A stretch of 63,576 nt of DNA, filler included, from Asterionella formosa (lineage: Eukaryota), in NCBI GenBank assembly GCA_002256025.1. It is 6 parts of 6 records of this genome, joined end to end, with 100 filler letters (N's around TTAATTAATTAA, not from the genome) between each part and the next. Parts side by side here need not be neighbours in the genome. Positions count along the whole stretch, not along the records: positions 1 to 28,066 come from NKIB01001314.1; 5 more parts are not named here. One strand, written 5' to 3'. A program made the position numbers and the translations under genes. The notes under the pieces are model-generated. The model searched no databases, was not told the DNA's origin, and was given only the letters and a program-made list of their open reading frames with translations. Position 1 is the stretch's first letter, and each line of letters starts with the position of its first letter. Below are positions 1-12,430 of the stretch, one piece after another.

Positions 1-340
1 TACTAGTGCCTACGAGGACAAAAAGAATTATAGCACGTTACTTTGTCTATGACAAGAAAATTATTGGGTGTTTGGTTCCACCTCGAGAAAAATGTACAGG
101 GGGGTCCAGCAACCATAGGGGGGGTCCAGGACAATGAAGTATACGGTATTCGAGATTTTATGATGCATTCGTTCAACAGACAGGTTTGCCGGTTCACAGC
201 AATGATACCGGTACTACTACCGGTACCTCGGTAGCAGGTAGTTGAGTTTTAGCTAGCAGCACGACTCGATCCGTACAAATAGTGCATTTCGTTCCCTCAC
301 CGATCTGATCATGATGCCGACAACAAGAGGAGTAGAACGA

Positions 341-1216
341 ATGGTGTCCGAGAACGACCAGGAAATTGAGCTCTTTTCGAATGCCAAAGAACGGCAAACG
401 TACGATGATCAAGCCAATCTTTACGCCATAATCATGGCAACCGAGCATCTGGAACGAGCGTACGCTCGGGATGATTTGACGCAGAAGGAAGTGAGTTTTA
501 GTGCGCGTAGGTTGTGTTTTGGTCGTTGTCGGTGAAATAAATGTTGTGCTAGATATACCGGACTTAATGCCTAGGAAAAGCGCAACACTTGGAACTTTAA
601 TATTGCTGACAAAATAAAAATGCTTGCCTTGTTGTTTTCCCCATCAATTCAATAGTACACAACAGAATGCAACAAGCTCATTTCGCAGTTTCGATTAGCT
701 GAAAAGGCAGCGCTTGGAAAGAATATGACGACAGAGTAAGTTTTGTATCGTACGGGGTTGCATGTGCAAACCCTTGTTTAGCATCAAATGTTAAACCTTT
801 CGTCTCGTCTCATCTCCTCCAGAACTTTCATGCAACTCTACTCCATGGACTGTCCACAAGCTACCGAACGATTGTTGAACATGGGAGTGCCAGAACCCAT
901 CAAAGGAAGCTCTGGATCAGTCGCAATTAGTGTAGCCGAGACAGTGCAACATTTTATCACGACGATGGATGCAGTCAAGCTCGAGCAGCGGGCCGTGGAT
1001 GAGCTGCAACCATTGTTGAGCGATTTAATGGATTCGTTGACACGATTGCCAGAAACTCCGAACGACTTTGAACCAAACCGTAAGGTACAACAGTGGTTAC
1101 AAAAGATGAACGCGTTGCGTGCTGTAGATCAGATTGATGAAGATGATGCGCGACAACTCTATCATGATTTAGATAGTGCCTATACAGAGTTCACTCGTTA
1201 TTTGAAGAGAAAGTAG
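341..1216 (+). CDS. VPS28: ESCRT-I subunit VPS28, 3 exons (341-490, 656-735, 823-1216), ~207 aa; upstream ATGs at 311/314 are possible
   Basis: Motifs YDDQANLYAIIMATEHLERAY, YTTECNKLISQF, AETVQHFITTMDAVKL, VDELQPLLSDL and RQLYHDLDSAY. GT-AG introns 491-655 and 736-822 keep the frame. Confidence 0.93.
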
Positions 1217-1353
1217 TGAGCCCTGCATAAAGTCACGTGCAGCGAACCATAATAAGCAAGAAACCAGCTGTGCCAGAAAGATTACTATGAATAACAAATA
1301 GCAGCTTAGTTATCTCAAGAGACTAGACTAGCAGTTGCTTTTCTCCGTTTCAT

Positions 1354-2944
1354 TCATTCCTCGGCCTTCTTGAGTCCTACCACTTTCAAGAACTTACCGA
1401 AGGCCTTTTTGGGGTTGAAAGGAGGATACTTCTCAACGAGCGAGCGGTCAAAAGTCTTGGGGGCATTCACGGGGATGTATCGCCAAATCACCGCAAGAAT
1501 AGAGCCAGTCAAGGCCATCCACACAACAGAAACGGCCGAGGGAACACGGGCGGCATACTCACCAAAATGTAGTTTGGCCAACAAGAAACCAAATGCACTC
1601 GACTTCATTGAGGTCTCAATCGCCATGGTACGGCACGCCACTTCTCCAAATCCAAGCATACGAGGGAGGGCATAACCGACCAAACCACCCATCAAGTGAA
1701 GCAAAAAAACGGGCACCTGAAGCGCGAGTCCAGCGTTCAAAATGGGTCCAGCGACTTGAGCGACAGCACTCGCAACCAAAAGACACGTGGAAGCGACGCC
1801 AACAACAGGGGCAAAAGGGAGAATGGCTTTGACCAACCCAGGGAGAAAACGATTGAGGGACATTCCAAGGGCAATGGGGGCCAACACGACCTAATGCATG
1901 TAGCGACATGAGTGAAAAACACAATCATAAACACATTGACAGGAGCTTATAAGCACCACATACCTGAAGAGTTGAGACAGCGATTCCAACAGCATCGACA
2001 GGAACTACAGTTCCAAGAATGGCCTTGCAAATTAATGGAGTGAAAACGATCGCTCCCAAGGTGGTAGCAGTTGTCATCAGCACTGAAAGTGCAACATTTC
2101 CACGGGCAATATAAGTGCAAAGGTTACTAGCCTGTCCACCGTTGATACTTCCAACCAAAACCATTCCAGCCAATAAAGCAGGATCCATACCAAAAGCTTT
2201 CCCTAGTCCCAGGGCTAGAACAGGCATCATCGCGTAGCAAAGCGCGAACTGAATGAAAACTGAATTAGGGCGAGAGGCGACCTTTACAAAGTCTTTTGGC
2301 GTCAATGTGATTCCCATAGAAAGCATCAGAGCTGCCAGGGCAGCTGTGAAATACTCGGTAGTGAACCATGCAAAACTTTGAGGTGACTTGAGAGCAACAC
2401 CGGTGAACAGGACCGTCCAGAGGGGAAACAGGTTGGTGGCCAAATCAGCTGCCTTCACATAACCTTCGAAGATCTTTGTTCCCAACGACTTTTCTTCCGA
2501 GACAGCAGCTTCAGTCTGTAGAGATTGATAGGTTAGTGGAACATAGCGTGACATCCCGTCACCTATGCATACATGTTGGGATAAGCCAACAGCGACTGGC
2601 CTTCCAATTTCACAGGTATCAAGGGCGTTTTAACCGCTTCACTGAGCTTTACAGAAACACTTACCGACATGCTCAAGCATGTTCTGGAATAATTTGGTAT
2701 CTTCGAGATGCGCGTGGAGAAATGATGCGTGGTAACTGCTGGTTTCTGTTGATCATCGGAGGAAAAAAGCCAACAAGTGTGAGAAGCACGAATAAGCAAG
2801 TGGAAGGAATCTTTCCCCATTTCGAATCAAATCATTCAATTTTGAGGAACCTACCACCGAAAATCCATTCGAGCGAGCATATGGAGTGAAAGCCGCCCCC
2901 ATGACGGGGAGAAGGACTAGTGCAAGGGCCGCTGAGATCTTCAT
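1354..2944 (-). CDS. Bile acid:sodium symporter (BASS/SBF) family transporter, probably plastid-targeted; exons 2944-2855, 2745-2665, 2515-1964, 1890-1354, ~419 aa
   Basis: Motifs MLSMGITLT, GGQASNLCTYIARGNVALSVLMTT and RTMAIETSMKSS. Signal peptide ends in GAA-FTP (ASAFAP-like). All three introns are GT-AG and phase 0. Confidence 0.9.
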
Positions 2945-3467
2945 GGTGACAGTGTCTTATTTTGAAATATCCGTTGATAGGTTCAACGATGGATGATGAT
3001 GTTCAGGAGATCTTTCAAATGTACATACGACCGGTACCTGGTACCAGTGGATTATAGTAGCCACCTGGTACCGTACCAGGTACCGGTATTTAAATAACCA
3101 TCGCATACCGTGGGATCCTCGCTGGTAAAAATGCCACGAGCGTCTTTTGTCCACAACGTAATTGGGTAATGAGTTCAAACAGGGACTTGTCGATGTCATC
3201 CTTTCTTTGCTACAGTATGTAATGGTCCCCTCAGCTGTCCGCCCTCCCAAGAAATCAAAATATCATATGTACTTATGTACGGTACATAAAAAAATTGCAC
3301 AGACAAGAAGACAATAGGCACACTTATAACCGTTGGTAACCGCCATTGGCTAATTCGTTCACAACTAGGCATCATCAGCGTCCCACGCTTACCACAACAC
3401 GGTTAGAAGCGGCGGCAGTCGGTTGTTTCGGTCCCGCTGCTGTCCTTTTTGGCCTGTCCACATTGGG

Positions 3468-5335
3468 ATGAGACCAGCGTTACCAAGGCAAAACGACGGT
3501 AGAGGCAAGCAGAAGAAAGTAGACGCAGCGCAAGAAGGAGACGAGACAGATCCTTTGCTTTCGTCTGGACTTTATCCGGTTAGAACGATAAGACGGCGAT
3601 CGCCATTAACAGCAACCTCTCTTCCTATGAGATACTCGGATGCATCACAACAGAGTGATGAAGTCGATCGCTACTCTCATCAGCCGTCACAATATTCTTT
3701 GCATACCGACGACACTGCTGGTCAGTTTATGCCAGATGGAACGCTCGGAACAAGGACAGAAACGACTTCTTCAAAGCAGGAGCGACACAACCGAAAACAT
3801 GGCGCTCAAAAACCGGCTCCTAATAAGCCTTGTAAGGAGAGTAGCCCCCCACTTCTTGAGATACCCGAAGAGATTTATGCCATTCGAAAGGCAGCATTGC
3901 AAGTGCTGAAGCCATTAACCGCATCGTGGGTACGTTTCATATATCCTCATGTCTGAATATTGAATATATACATAACGCTCATTTTAACGCCAATTCTGCT
4001 TGTTTGGTTTTTGTCCGATTCTCCGAATTCTTGAATAGTTGGTTGTTTCGGTTGGATTCGCCCTTTCTGTACTTCTCGGGATGGCGAGATGGACCCGTCT
4101 CATGACAGAACTACCCTATTGGTTCATCTTAATACCGTCATGGTGTTCTCATGTTGGGTTGCTTTGGTGCCATATCAAATCGGCACAAGCCCTTTCCAGA
4201 TTTATCGCCGAGGCCAATGACAACAGGCAGCGACCAGATTCCACAGATCACTTTGATCGTACCGAATATTTGCCACTATTGCAGCGATCACTTAAATTTG
4301 GATTGAAGACTGGCCTGCTATCTTTTTGCACATTTGTTTTTGAGGTATTGATTTATATGAAGATTGCCAGAGGGCACATATCCCTGGCGGTGGCATTCAC
4401 CCCAATATGGATATTAGTGGTCGGAGGAATACTAGATGGTATCGTGTGCAAGTCGCAGCATTTTTTGAGAGTCTTCTGTTGGATTCTCATTTGTACAGCC
4501 ATGGTTTTGAGCGTCCTGCGAGTGGATTACGGGATGGAAGATATTCGATGGAGAATTGTTGTCAGCCCCATTGTGGCCGTCTTGAGCATTTCATCAGCCA
4601 CATTGATTTACATTGTCTACGGACACCAAGTGGGATATTATAGATTGACAGAGTCACAGCTGACGGCTGGCATCCTATATTCTATCTCTGCGCTGATATG
4701 CATTGTGTTGGTGGTTGTTATTGGGGAAGTCATGCCGCTGACACGTCCAGTAGAGATCGAAACCAGAATGTTTGTTGTAATCATGGCCCCTATGATCGTG
4801 TGCCTGACCGGAATGGGTGCATATGCAGTGAGTCGAGACGAGTTTGGTCGACTACTCCTCTATGGAGGTCAGTCAACGGTACATCCCATGAAACTGAAAT
4901 GGGAGGCCAACGGTTGGACTAGTGTACCTACAAGGGGAGTCACTGTTTTGGCCATGTTTGGAGAAGTGAGGTGCGTTTACTTCAATGTTGTGACTGCTTA
5001 TAATGATTGATAATTTTGTATCTCGCAGATATGCTGACAAGTTTCCTTATACTAGCTACCGGCCGCTAGTGAAGGAGCCTGGTATGTTATCATTTTGCAT
5101 GTGCTGTTCATGTTACCCTTATGAAGACGAGGATGAAGAAATTGATCAAGATGCCGAAAATTGGCGATTACATCCATATTTGTCAACAGCGATCACTCAG
5201 CATAAACCAATTTTCCTTCGGGGTCGGAGCGGCTATGATGCCGATAACGCCTCCGAATCACAACGGTCATCAAGGCAATCATCGCAAAAGTCGTCAAGAG
5301 AATCGTCAAGACAGTCCCCTGAACACTCCGTATAG
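3468..5335 (+). CDS. Multi-pass membrane protein, TMEM185/FAM11-like; exons 3468-3929, 4039-4970, 5056-5335, ~557 aa
   Basis: Hydrophilic N-terminus followed by ~8 hydrophobic helices with repeated YWFILIPSW / LAVAFTPIW / WRIVVSPI motifs. GT-AG introns join three ORFs in frame. Confidence 0.7.
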
Positions 5336-5585
5336 CGTGAGTCAGGCAGTTGACAACAAGATGACAATGTGGAAAATAAAATTGACATGAACTGACTGAA
5401 TCAGTCAGTGTGATAACAGATTTCATCTAGCAATATCATCACATTGAATACTTGAATGCGATTTGAGACCATTGTTTGCAGAAAGCTGAATATTACGTGT
5501 TCAAGCCTCCCATTGAACGAAAAGAAATGGTGCGAGATTAGTACTATAAACATTGACTTATGAGCCTTGCTTTCTACTCAATAAT

Positions 5586-7199
5586 TCACGAGTATTGCTG
5601 CTTGATCTTCTTCAAGATATTGTACTCTCTACCAGGGAATTGTTCAAGTAGTTTGGTGACTTCAGCAACTTTGTTAGGGGCATTTGCCTGCACAATCGCA
5701 ATACACTGTTCCGCTGCAGAAAGTACAGGGGCATATTCATCATTTTGATCTTCGCCATATATTTCGTTCATTGATCTTGGAGGAGGACTCTCCGTCCAGA
5801 TTCTCCAGGTTCGACTTTCGTCGTGAATGCGAAGTTGTAGGTCATTACCAGGAGCCTGTCTTGCTTCTTCCAAGAGGGCATCCGCCGTCAGAAAGTCCTT
5901 TTCCTTACGAGCAATATCTCGTTTTTTTAGGAGACCGTTGACAAGATCAGGATCTACACAAGCGTCATTCTCACGAGTTGTTGGAATTTGACGCCATGCT
6001 TGAAGTCCGCCCCATCGACCGTCTCCCTTGACACTTGCCACATTATCTGGCACCTCTTTGCCATCCCAAGAAATCCACCACATTTTAAGGCGGTCATCCA
6101 AGTGCACACCATAACTCTTCTTCAGCTGATCACGCATATCATCAGATGCATCAAAGTTTTTGCGTCGACGAGCACTATCCCTAGCCTTGATCAATGATCG
6201 AATTCCCTTGTATTCATGTTCGGCCAAGTACTCGAGCTGGGCTTCATCGGCGCATTTCCATGTTGACGGAGGGGTCGGTCCATCCCCACCACCTGGCGAA
6301 ACACTTTTCAAGGAAGCGCCATTCTTGCCCTCTTGAACGTCTTCTCTAACATACAGGGCAGCTCCATCTAGAGGATGATCTCGCATAATTTTAATTGCAT
6401 TTTTGGCCATGTCAGTGGATTCAAACTGAACAATCCCATGACCTTTGGACATTCCAGTCATAGGGTCGGTCGAGACGGATGCAAAGACGACAGAGCCAGC
6501 AACTTTGAAATGATCCTTCAAGTCCTGCCAACTCGCGGAAAGAGGAATGCCTTGCACAAAGACTCGTGTGCCCCGAAAGTCCTGTCGAAAGTTTTTGTCC
6601 AGTTTCTGTTCTTCTTCATTCCTACTGCTCCGAGGAGTTGGTGACATATCGGGATCAAACCTTTGATTCTTCTGCATCCAGTTGGTTCCCAGCATGCTGG
6701 ATTGTTTGGATCGCTTTGGTACGCGACTTTTCCAATCGGCCTTATTGTTGTCGCTGTCATTATCAGAATCGTCGTCGTCCGAGTCTTGTTCGTCGTCCGA
6801 TTCATCTCTGGGTTTCACAACCTGAACCTTTGGGGGACGAAGAGTCCTGCTGGATCTACTAGTGGGAATAGCAAATCGCCGCTGTGCGCTGTTTGGCGTC
6901 TCGCCTTTGGTCGTGTCTCGGAGTTTCTGAGTAGAATCTGAATCAACCTCATCGTCATCCTCAATAGTAAAATCCTCTGGAGGAGGAACTCTGTTCGATG
7001 ATGCAAACAGGGGATCGACAAGGTTGTTTGACCTTTTCGCAACGGTAAATGCACCTCGGATGGGAGCCAATCCAAAGGCACAATAAGGCGTGCTATCCAC
7101 AGCCAGAAAGCAACACACTGCCCATAGGTTGGGGCGATATGGCTCAATCCTCATACTTCTATTCCTCAACGAACCAACAATCTGTCGAGCACGTAGCAT
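5586..7199 (-). CDS. RRM RNA-binding protein with two CysRS C-terminal-like helical repeats; alternative start 7154; possibly organelle-targeted
   Basis: 537-aa ORF. RRM RVFVQGIP..SWQDLKDHF..SKGHGIVQF. Repeats ARDSARRRKNFDASDDMRDQL and KRDIARKEKDFLTADAL. Confidence 0.85.
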   Translation of the reverse strand: MLRARQIVGSLRNRSMRIEPYRPNLWAVCCFLAVDSTPYCAFGLAPIRGAFTVAKRSNNLVDPLFASSNRVPPPEDFTIEDDDEVDSDSTQKLRDTTKGETPNSAQRRFAIPTSRSSRTLRPPKVQVVKPRDESDDEQDSDDDDSDNDSDNNKADWKSRVPKRSKQSSMLGTNWMQKNQRFDPDMSPTPRSSRNEEEQKLDKNFRQDFRGTRVFVQGIPLSASWQDLKDHFKVAGSVVFASVSTDPMTGMSKGHGIVQFESTDMAKNAIKIMRDHPLDGAALYVREDVQEGKNGASLKSVSPGGGDGPTPPSTWKCADEAQLEYLAEHEYKGIRSLIKARDSARRRKNFDASDDMRDQLKKSYGVHLDDRLKMWWISWDGKEVPDNVASVKGDGRWGGLQAWRQIPTTRENDACVDPDLVNGLLKKRDIARKEKDFLTADALLEEARQAPGNDLQLRIHDESRTWRIWTESPPPRSMNEIYGEDQNDEYAPVLSAAEQCIAIVQANAPNKVAEVTKLLEQFPGREYNILKKIKQQYS

Positions 7200-7793
7200 T
7201 AATGATGAAAACGGGTCGATTATTAAGAAATGGTCTTGTGTAGCTAGCAGCAGCAGTAAATCTACGATATGCTGACAGCTAAGCTATAGGTGAGTGATGG
7301 GCAGAACGATTTGTGTTCTATTGAGGCAGACTGGCCTGATGATGGAAACGAAATGATTTTTTCTACAATCATTTCGTGGTGATGAAGGCAGCTATGTAGT
7401 GTGTATGCTGTACAACCTGGTACCTGGTACCAGGTACTAACTAACTTTACGATACTATAGATTTACTGCCAGTATTCATACATGAGGGACCCTGGCAGTC
7501 TACCGTACCTGGTGCTACCAGGTACCTCCTGGTACCAGGGTACCAGGTACTGTATTTGAGTGTCTTTGGTGTGGATAAATACCAGTAGGCAATGAGCTTA
7601 TCGTGCCACCGGTATACCTAGCACCGGAACAGAGAGCGTAGCTACATGACAGTACCTGGTACCAGTACTCCCTCATCATGAGTGGCCCTTCCTTGCATGT
7701 CATTCCTAAGATAGTTTTCATTTAAGACCACCTTCTATACAACGCGAAAACTGGGAGTAATAACAAACAGAGCATTACAGGGTTATGATACCA

Positions 7794-8609
7794 TCATTCC
7801 GCCTTTTTCCAATAACATACCAATTCTTTCCCAGATCTACTAGGTACACTGGCTACACTTTCAAAGGGATCTCCGTCCATAAAAACTCCATGAGGCCCCA
7901 ATACTTGCTGGTAATCTTCCACCGTTACTGGAAACGGAGGTCCCACCATGCGATCTGCATCAGGAAGAATGGGAAACATGATTGTTAATAATTGACCGCC
8001 TGTGATTAATAACTCCGCCGTCCGACGCCCCCATGCGGGTCGGAGATTTGGCGGGAGTGCACAGAAGAATGTATAGTCATAGATAAAATCAAAAGTGGTT
8101 CCGTCGAGACCGGAGTCGTGTCCCCTCTTGGTCGAGTACATTTTCGCCCAATCGTCAGTAAAGAAATCACCCACCATGAGGTTTACTACAGTTGTGCTGT
8201 CGCTCGGATAGATACTGTCGTGTAGTACCTGTTTGGCCCGATCCAATGATGTGGGTGAAATATCAAGGCCAACGACGACGACAGTTCCCTCTGTTGGACT
8301 GCTGCTACTCCTACTGGCGTTACAAAGGTTTCGAAACGTCGACAAATCATAGCCAGCTCCACATCCAGGAACAAGTATGTGCCTCGCATGAATGGGACGA
8401 TCAGTAAGCTCCTTCACTAGCAAAGGTGTGGGTGACTTTAGATCCCATGGAGTCAAACCATCCTTCCACAAATCATCCCAATTTCCGACATTCCGTCCTC
8501 GTACCTGCTCCACACACTTCATTAGCGTACCGGAACCTTCACACATTGTTGTGAGCTGACGACGGACGAGGGGAATTATCATGAAAGAACAAGTTCGTGA
8601 TCTCAGCAT
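7794..8609 (-). CDS. SAM-dependent thiol/halide methyltransferase (TPMT/HOL family); start codon uncertain
   Basis: Motifs WDDLW..GLTPWDL, LVPGCGAGYD (motif I), GLDIS, GDFF, FDFIYDYTFFCALPP and GPPFPV. Confidence 0.88.
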   Translation of the reverse strand: MLRSRTCSFMIIPLVRRQLTTMCEGSGTLMKCVEQVRGRNVGNWDDLWKDGLTPWDLKSPTPLLVKELTDRPIHARHILVPGCGAGYDLSTFRNLCNASRSSSSPTEGTVVVVGLDISPTSLDRAKQVLHDSIYPSDSTTVVNLMVGDFFTDDWAKMYSTKRGHDSGLDGTTFDFIYDYTFFCALPPNLRPAWGRRTAELLITGGQLLTIMFPILPDADRMVGPPFPVTVEDYQQVLGPHGVFMDGDPFESVASVPSRSGKELVCYWKKAE

Positions 8610-10305
8610 GATGGGGGGTCCTGCTGTTGGAATTGCTGGAAACAGTCGACACAATTTTTTTCTGAAGGAAAAAAGTGAGAACAGGCGTCAAGAGGGAACC
8701 ATGGTGGATGTACTACTACAAAATTGTTATTACCGTTACCAGCACTCGGAGCACCATGCCTGAAAAGGTATGTAGGAGGAGAGACTGCTTACCGGTAGCT
8801 ACCGGTATGTTGCGATTGAAGAAACACCATACAGCATAAGAATACCAGTAGACTGTACCTGGAGGATTTTTGTGCTATACGTACCCTGGGACCAGGTACT
8901 GTACCAGGGTACCAGGTAACTGGTACCTGGTACCAGTATCAAGCTGAAAGCAATTGCGAATGCCGGTTATGGCATACCGGTACTATCTTAGAATGCATGG
9001 TGCCTGCAACATACCTGTCCCTGGTACCTGGTACCAGTAACTGGTACTCAGCGAAAGAGTTCCGGGTAAAATGATTCCCGTGGCTGTGTTTCCACACATA
9101 ATAGTAAAAACCGTCTTCTATCCCGACCTTCAATCATGTGTCACCATTCTGGCAGGTTCAGTACCTGATACCTGCAACTGGTACCACCTGGTACCATTGA
9201 TGATGAGAATAGCTATGACGTCAACTGCCAGCTTCTACAGTACCAGGAACCAGGTGATTGGTCTCTCATCTGTCGTGGTGCGAAGCGAAGCAAGGGTCAA
9301 CCACCAGGGTGGACAAAACTCATATCGACTGCTGTCACTACATACATATTCCGTGTAAGAAATGGTGAGAAAATCACAATCAAAATTAGGTGCAAACCTG
9401 CAAAATAAGTAGCAGGAGGCAATCAGTCAAAGCTGCGTTGCCGAACAATGTGAGTCAACAAAGAATCGAAAGAGCTGCCACCACCAAGTCCACTGCTGCA
9501 CTGCTGCATCGTATTGGGCCGAGCAACGAGACAGCGCTTTCCTGATCTTCGTTGTCATGAATCGATCGCGTCCTCTGATGCCGCTGTAACTTTCATGCAC
9601 ACGAAGTTCCGTGGGATCGCGAAAGATCGTTCGTGTAGAACTCTACTTGACTTGTTCTGTGCGACTTTTTTTGTGATGTGCACTTCGCCCCGAAGCAGGA
9701 CTTGTCATCACTACAAAGTCCATGTCTACGAACGGTCGGTGATGATTCCATCCATGATATTTGTACGTGCATTTGTACAGGACGATACCGGTACAAAGGA
9801 TTGTATTCTATATGTGGACATGAACGAGATCTGATGTTCCGGTATGTTGGCAATCCTCACCCAACAAAAGAGTCGCCTCGACGCCATTCTCGCACGTGTG
9901 TGTGTAACTTCTGAATTCTTCGTCCCAAGCGCTGTTTGCTGCGATATTTAACACTGTTGGTGTTGCTACTTCTGCTGCTGCTGCTGTTTCTGTCACTCAC
10001 GTCTGAATTTTAGAGCAGAAAGGGTTCACAGACGGAGTGAATCGTCGTTCTCGTTGCTCATTGCGCACAACTGTCGCCTCGCCTATGTTTGCAACTGATT
10101 GCCTTTCTAGCTCACACTGCTGCCCTGCCCTGCCTCGCCTTGCCTGCAACTCGCCAGATAGGAACCCGAGAGGATCCAAGCACTTCATGTGAGCGGTCCG
10201 GTGGACGATATATCATACATAGTACACATACATAGATTCGTCAAACTGTCGGACACTATCGCCTCTCCACGAAGTATTGTTGAAGCGGCAGCACCCACCC
10301 CGCAA

Positions 10306-12113
10306 ATGGCCAAAGAGAGCGTGAGAGCCACTGAGGGGAAGACCCCAGTTGCCGTTGCCGAGGAGGAGCCAGGCAAGCAAGATCGAACATCCGTAGCACC
10401 CGTGTCAGACTCGGCGGACGCAATCAGAAATTCAGGGAAGTCAAAAGACAACAACTGTCCGGCATCTCCCCTGGCTCAGCCGCAGCAGTATCCTCAGGCA
10501 TATCTCCCACACTTGACCCCTCAACCTGGCGCTGGTTACTACCTCTATCACCAGCCTCAAGTCACGCCGGAGCCTCCTTCCCCGGGCGGGCTTTACACGG
10601 ACGTTACGTCCTTTCTGAGACAACAGGCAGCTCTCAATCCATTTGGGACCTCGCACTATGCCAGCGCTATTCCACAAGCACCCTTATCGCCTAATGGACG
10701 AAATACGGCTGGCATGATACCTCCTCCGTCGCCGCTTTTCCCGAGGCAAAATATGGACGGCTTGGAACCGTCGATCATGTCGAGAATGTCGGCGCAGCAT
10801 TCGCAATCTGCCATGTCCTACATGACGTCTCCTCCTTTGGGACCTATGGGAGCAGGATTTGGACCTGTCTATCAAGGGTATGGGGGAATTGGGTATACGT
10901 TGAATGGTGATACTGCTGGGACTGACGAGAACAGCACCGGTTGGAATATGAGGTATGCATTTTTGTTTGTCAAATTCGTCGTTTCCCCAAAGGTTAGCTA
11001 ACTGCGGTTTCCTGGTTCATTCCCCGTCGTCACAGTAATCAACAAGCGCAGAATGCAGGATACCCTCAAGCATCTCCCCAGCTTCAAAGTGTCATGTATG
11101 GACAGCCAAGCGGCAGCAATCGCTCCCAATCTTTCGACGAGATGCTGCCCCCTTCGATGCTTGAGCTTCAAGACCAAGCTAATTTGCCCTATTCTACTTA
11201 TGGTATCAGTCAAGGTGTTTCCGCTGGGATTCCACCGGGCAGTCCCATGTTTACACATCAGACTCAGCCGGCCTGGGGCTACGGGCATACTGCTGAAATG
11301 TACGGTGCTCCACAGTCACCCTTGCAGCCTCGTCAGAATTCGATGTCAGGCTACCCAGTTATGGGTCATCCTGGTGTGAGGCACATCCCCTTAAACCCCT
11401 ATGGTGCAATGGGATCACCACAGATTGGAGGTTTGCAATTTTTCCCCGCAACGTCTCCTGGCCCTCCTATTCAAACAACAACATCCAACAAAGGGCCCGA
11501 GGGGTCAAATCTCTTTGTGTTTCACATTCCGAATCATTTCACAAATCTCGACATGTACAGTCTTTTTTGTCAGTACGGAAATTTGCTAAGCGTACGTATT
11601 ATGGTGGAAAAGGATTCTGGACGCAGCCGTGGGTTTGGTTTTGTGTCATATGATACTCCGGAGGCTGCGGCGATGGCAATCAAGGAATTAAATGGCTTTG
11701 CGGTAAGTCAGCCGTCACTTTGTTTCCCATTTATTTTCCTCAAGAATCTCGAACTCATGTCTCTCTCTCTTTAGATTGGAAATAAACGGTTAAAAGTTCA
11801 ACACAAACAGATTCGTTCTAACGATCAACAGAAAGGATTCACTGATGGGGGCTATTCATCGCCTGGCGACCACCATGGAGGACTCTCATCCAGTCCTTGG
11901 TATGATGCCGTGACTAATTCTGCTCCTCCAGTAGGATACGCAGACCATGACGAAGGGAATCATGGTGATGAGGGCCCTTATCCGGGCCTTCCTGTTCTCG
12001 ACCAAACAACCATGAACATGGCACGAACAGCTGGAGCAACTGGGCAGTCGCCCCTTGCCACTATGGACCCACTTCGCAATGCGCTTCCAGATGTAACTGG
12101 GACAGTGGAATAG
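10306..12113 (+). CDS. RNA-binding protein with a single CELF/BRUNO RRM3-like domain after a long Pro/Ser/Gln-rich region; exons 10306-10952, 11036-11702, 11775-12113, ~550 aa
   Basis: KGPEGSNLFVFHIP..GNLLSVRIMVEKDSGRSRGFGFVSYD..AIKELNGFA|IGNKRLKVQHK. GT-AG introns restore the frame. Confidence 0.88.
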
Positions 12114-12430
12114 TGGGTCAGTAGGTGATGGGTGCACATACAAGCTCATGGCGAATACCCTAATAAGCAGGTTGCAATCTTGACATGTCTGTTCCATTTT
12201 GGTTTATCTGCATGCCACCCATGAGAACAAAGTCAAGTAAAAGAATTAGTTGTAACCTTGTTTTTATTTTGTTGAACAGCTAGAAAGAATTCCCTCTCTG
12301 TATCTTTTGTTTTACTAAATTTAGTGAAACAACAATGTCATCCCCATTCTTGTTCACCTATAGTCTTGGACTATCATGAATGAAGACAATTATTAGTTCA
12401 GGTTTCTTCAAGACAAAGGGGTCCTTAAAA

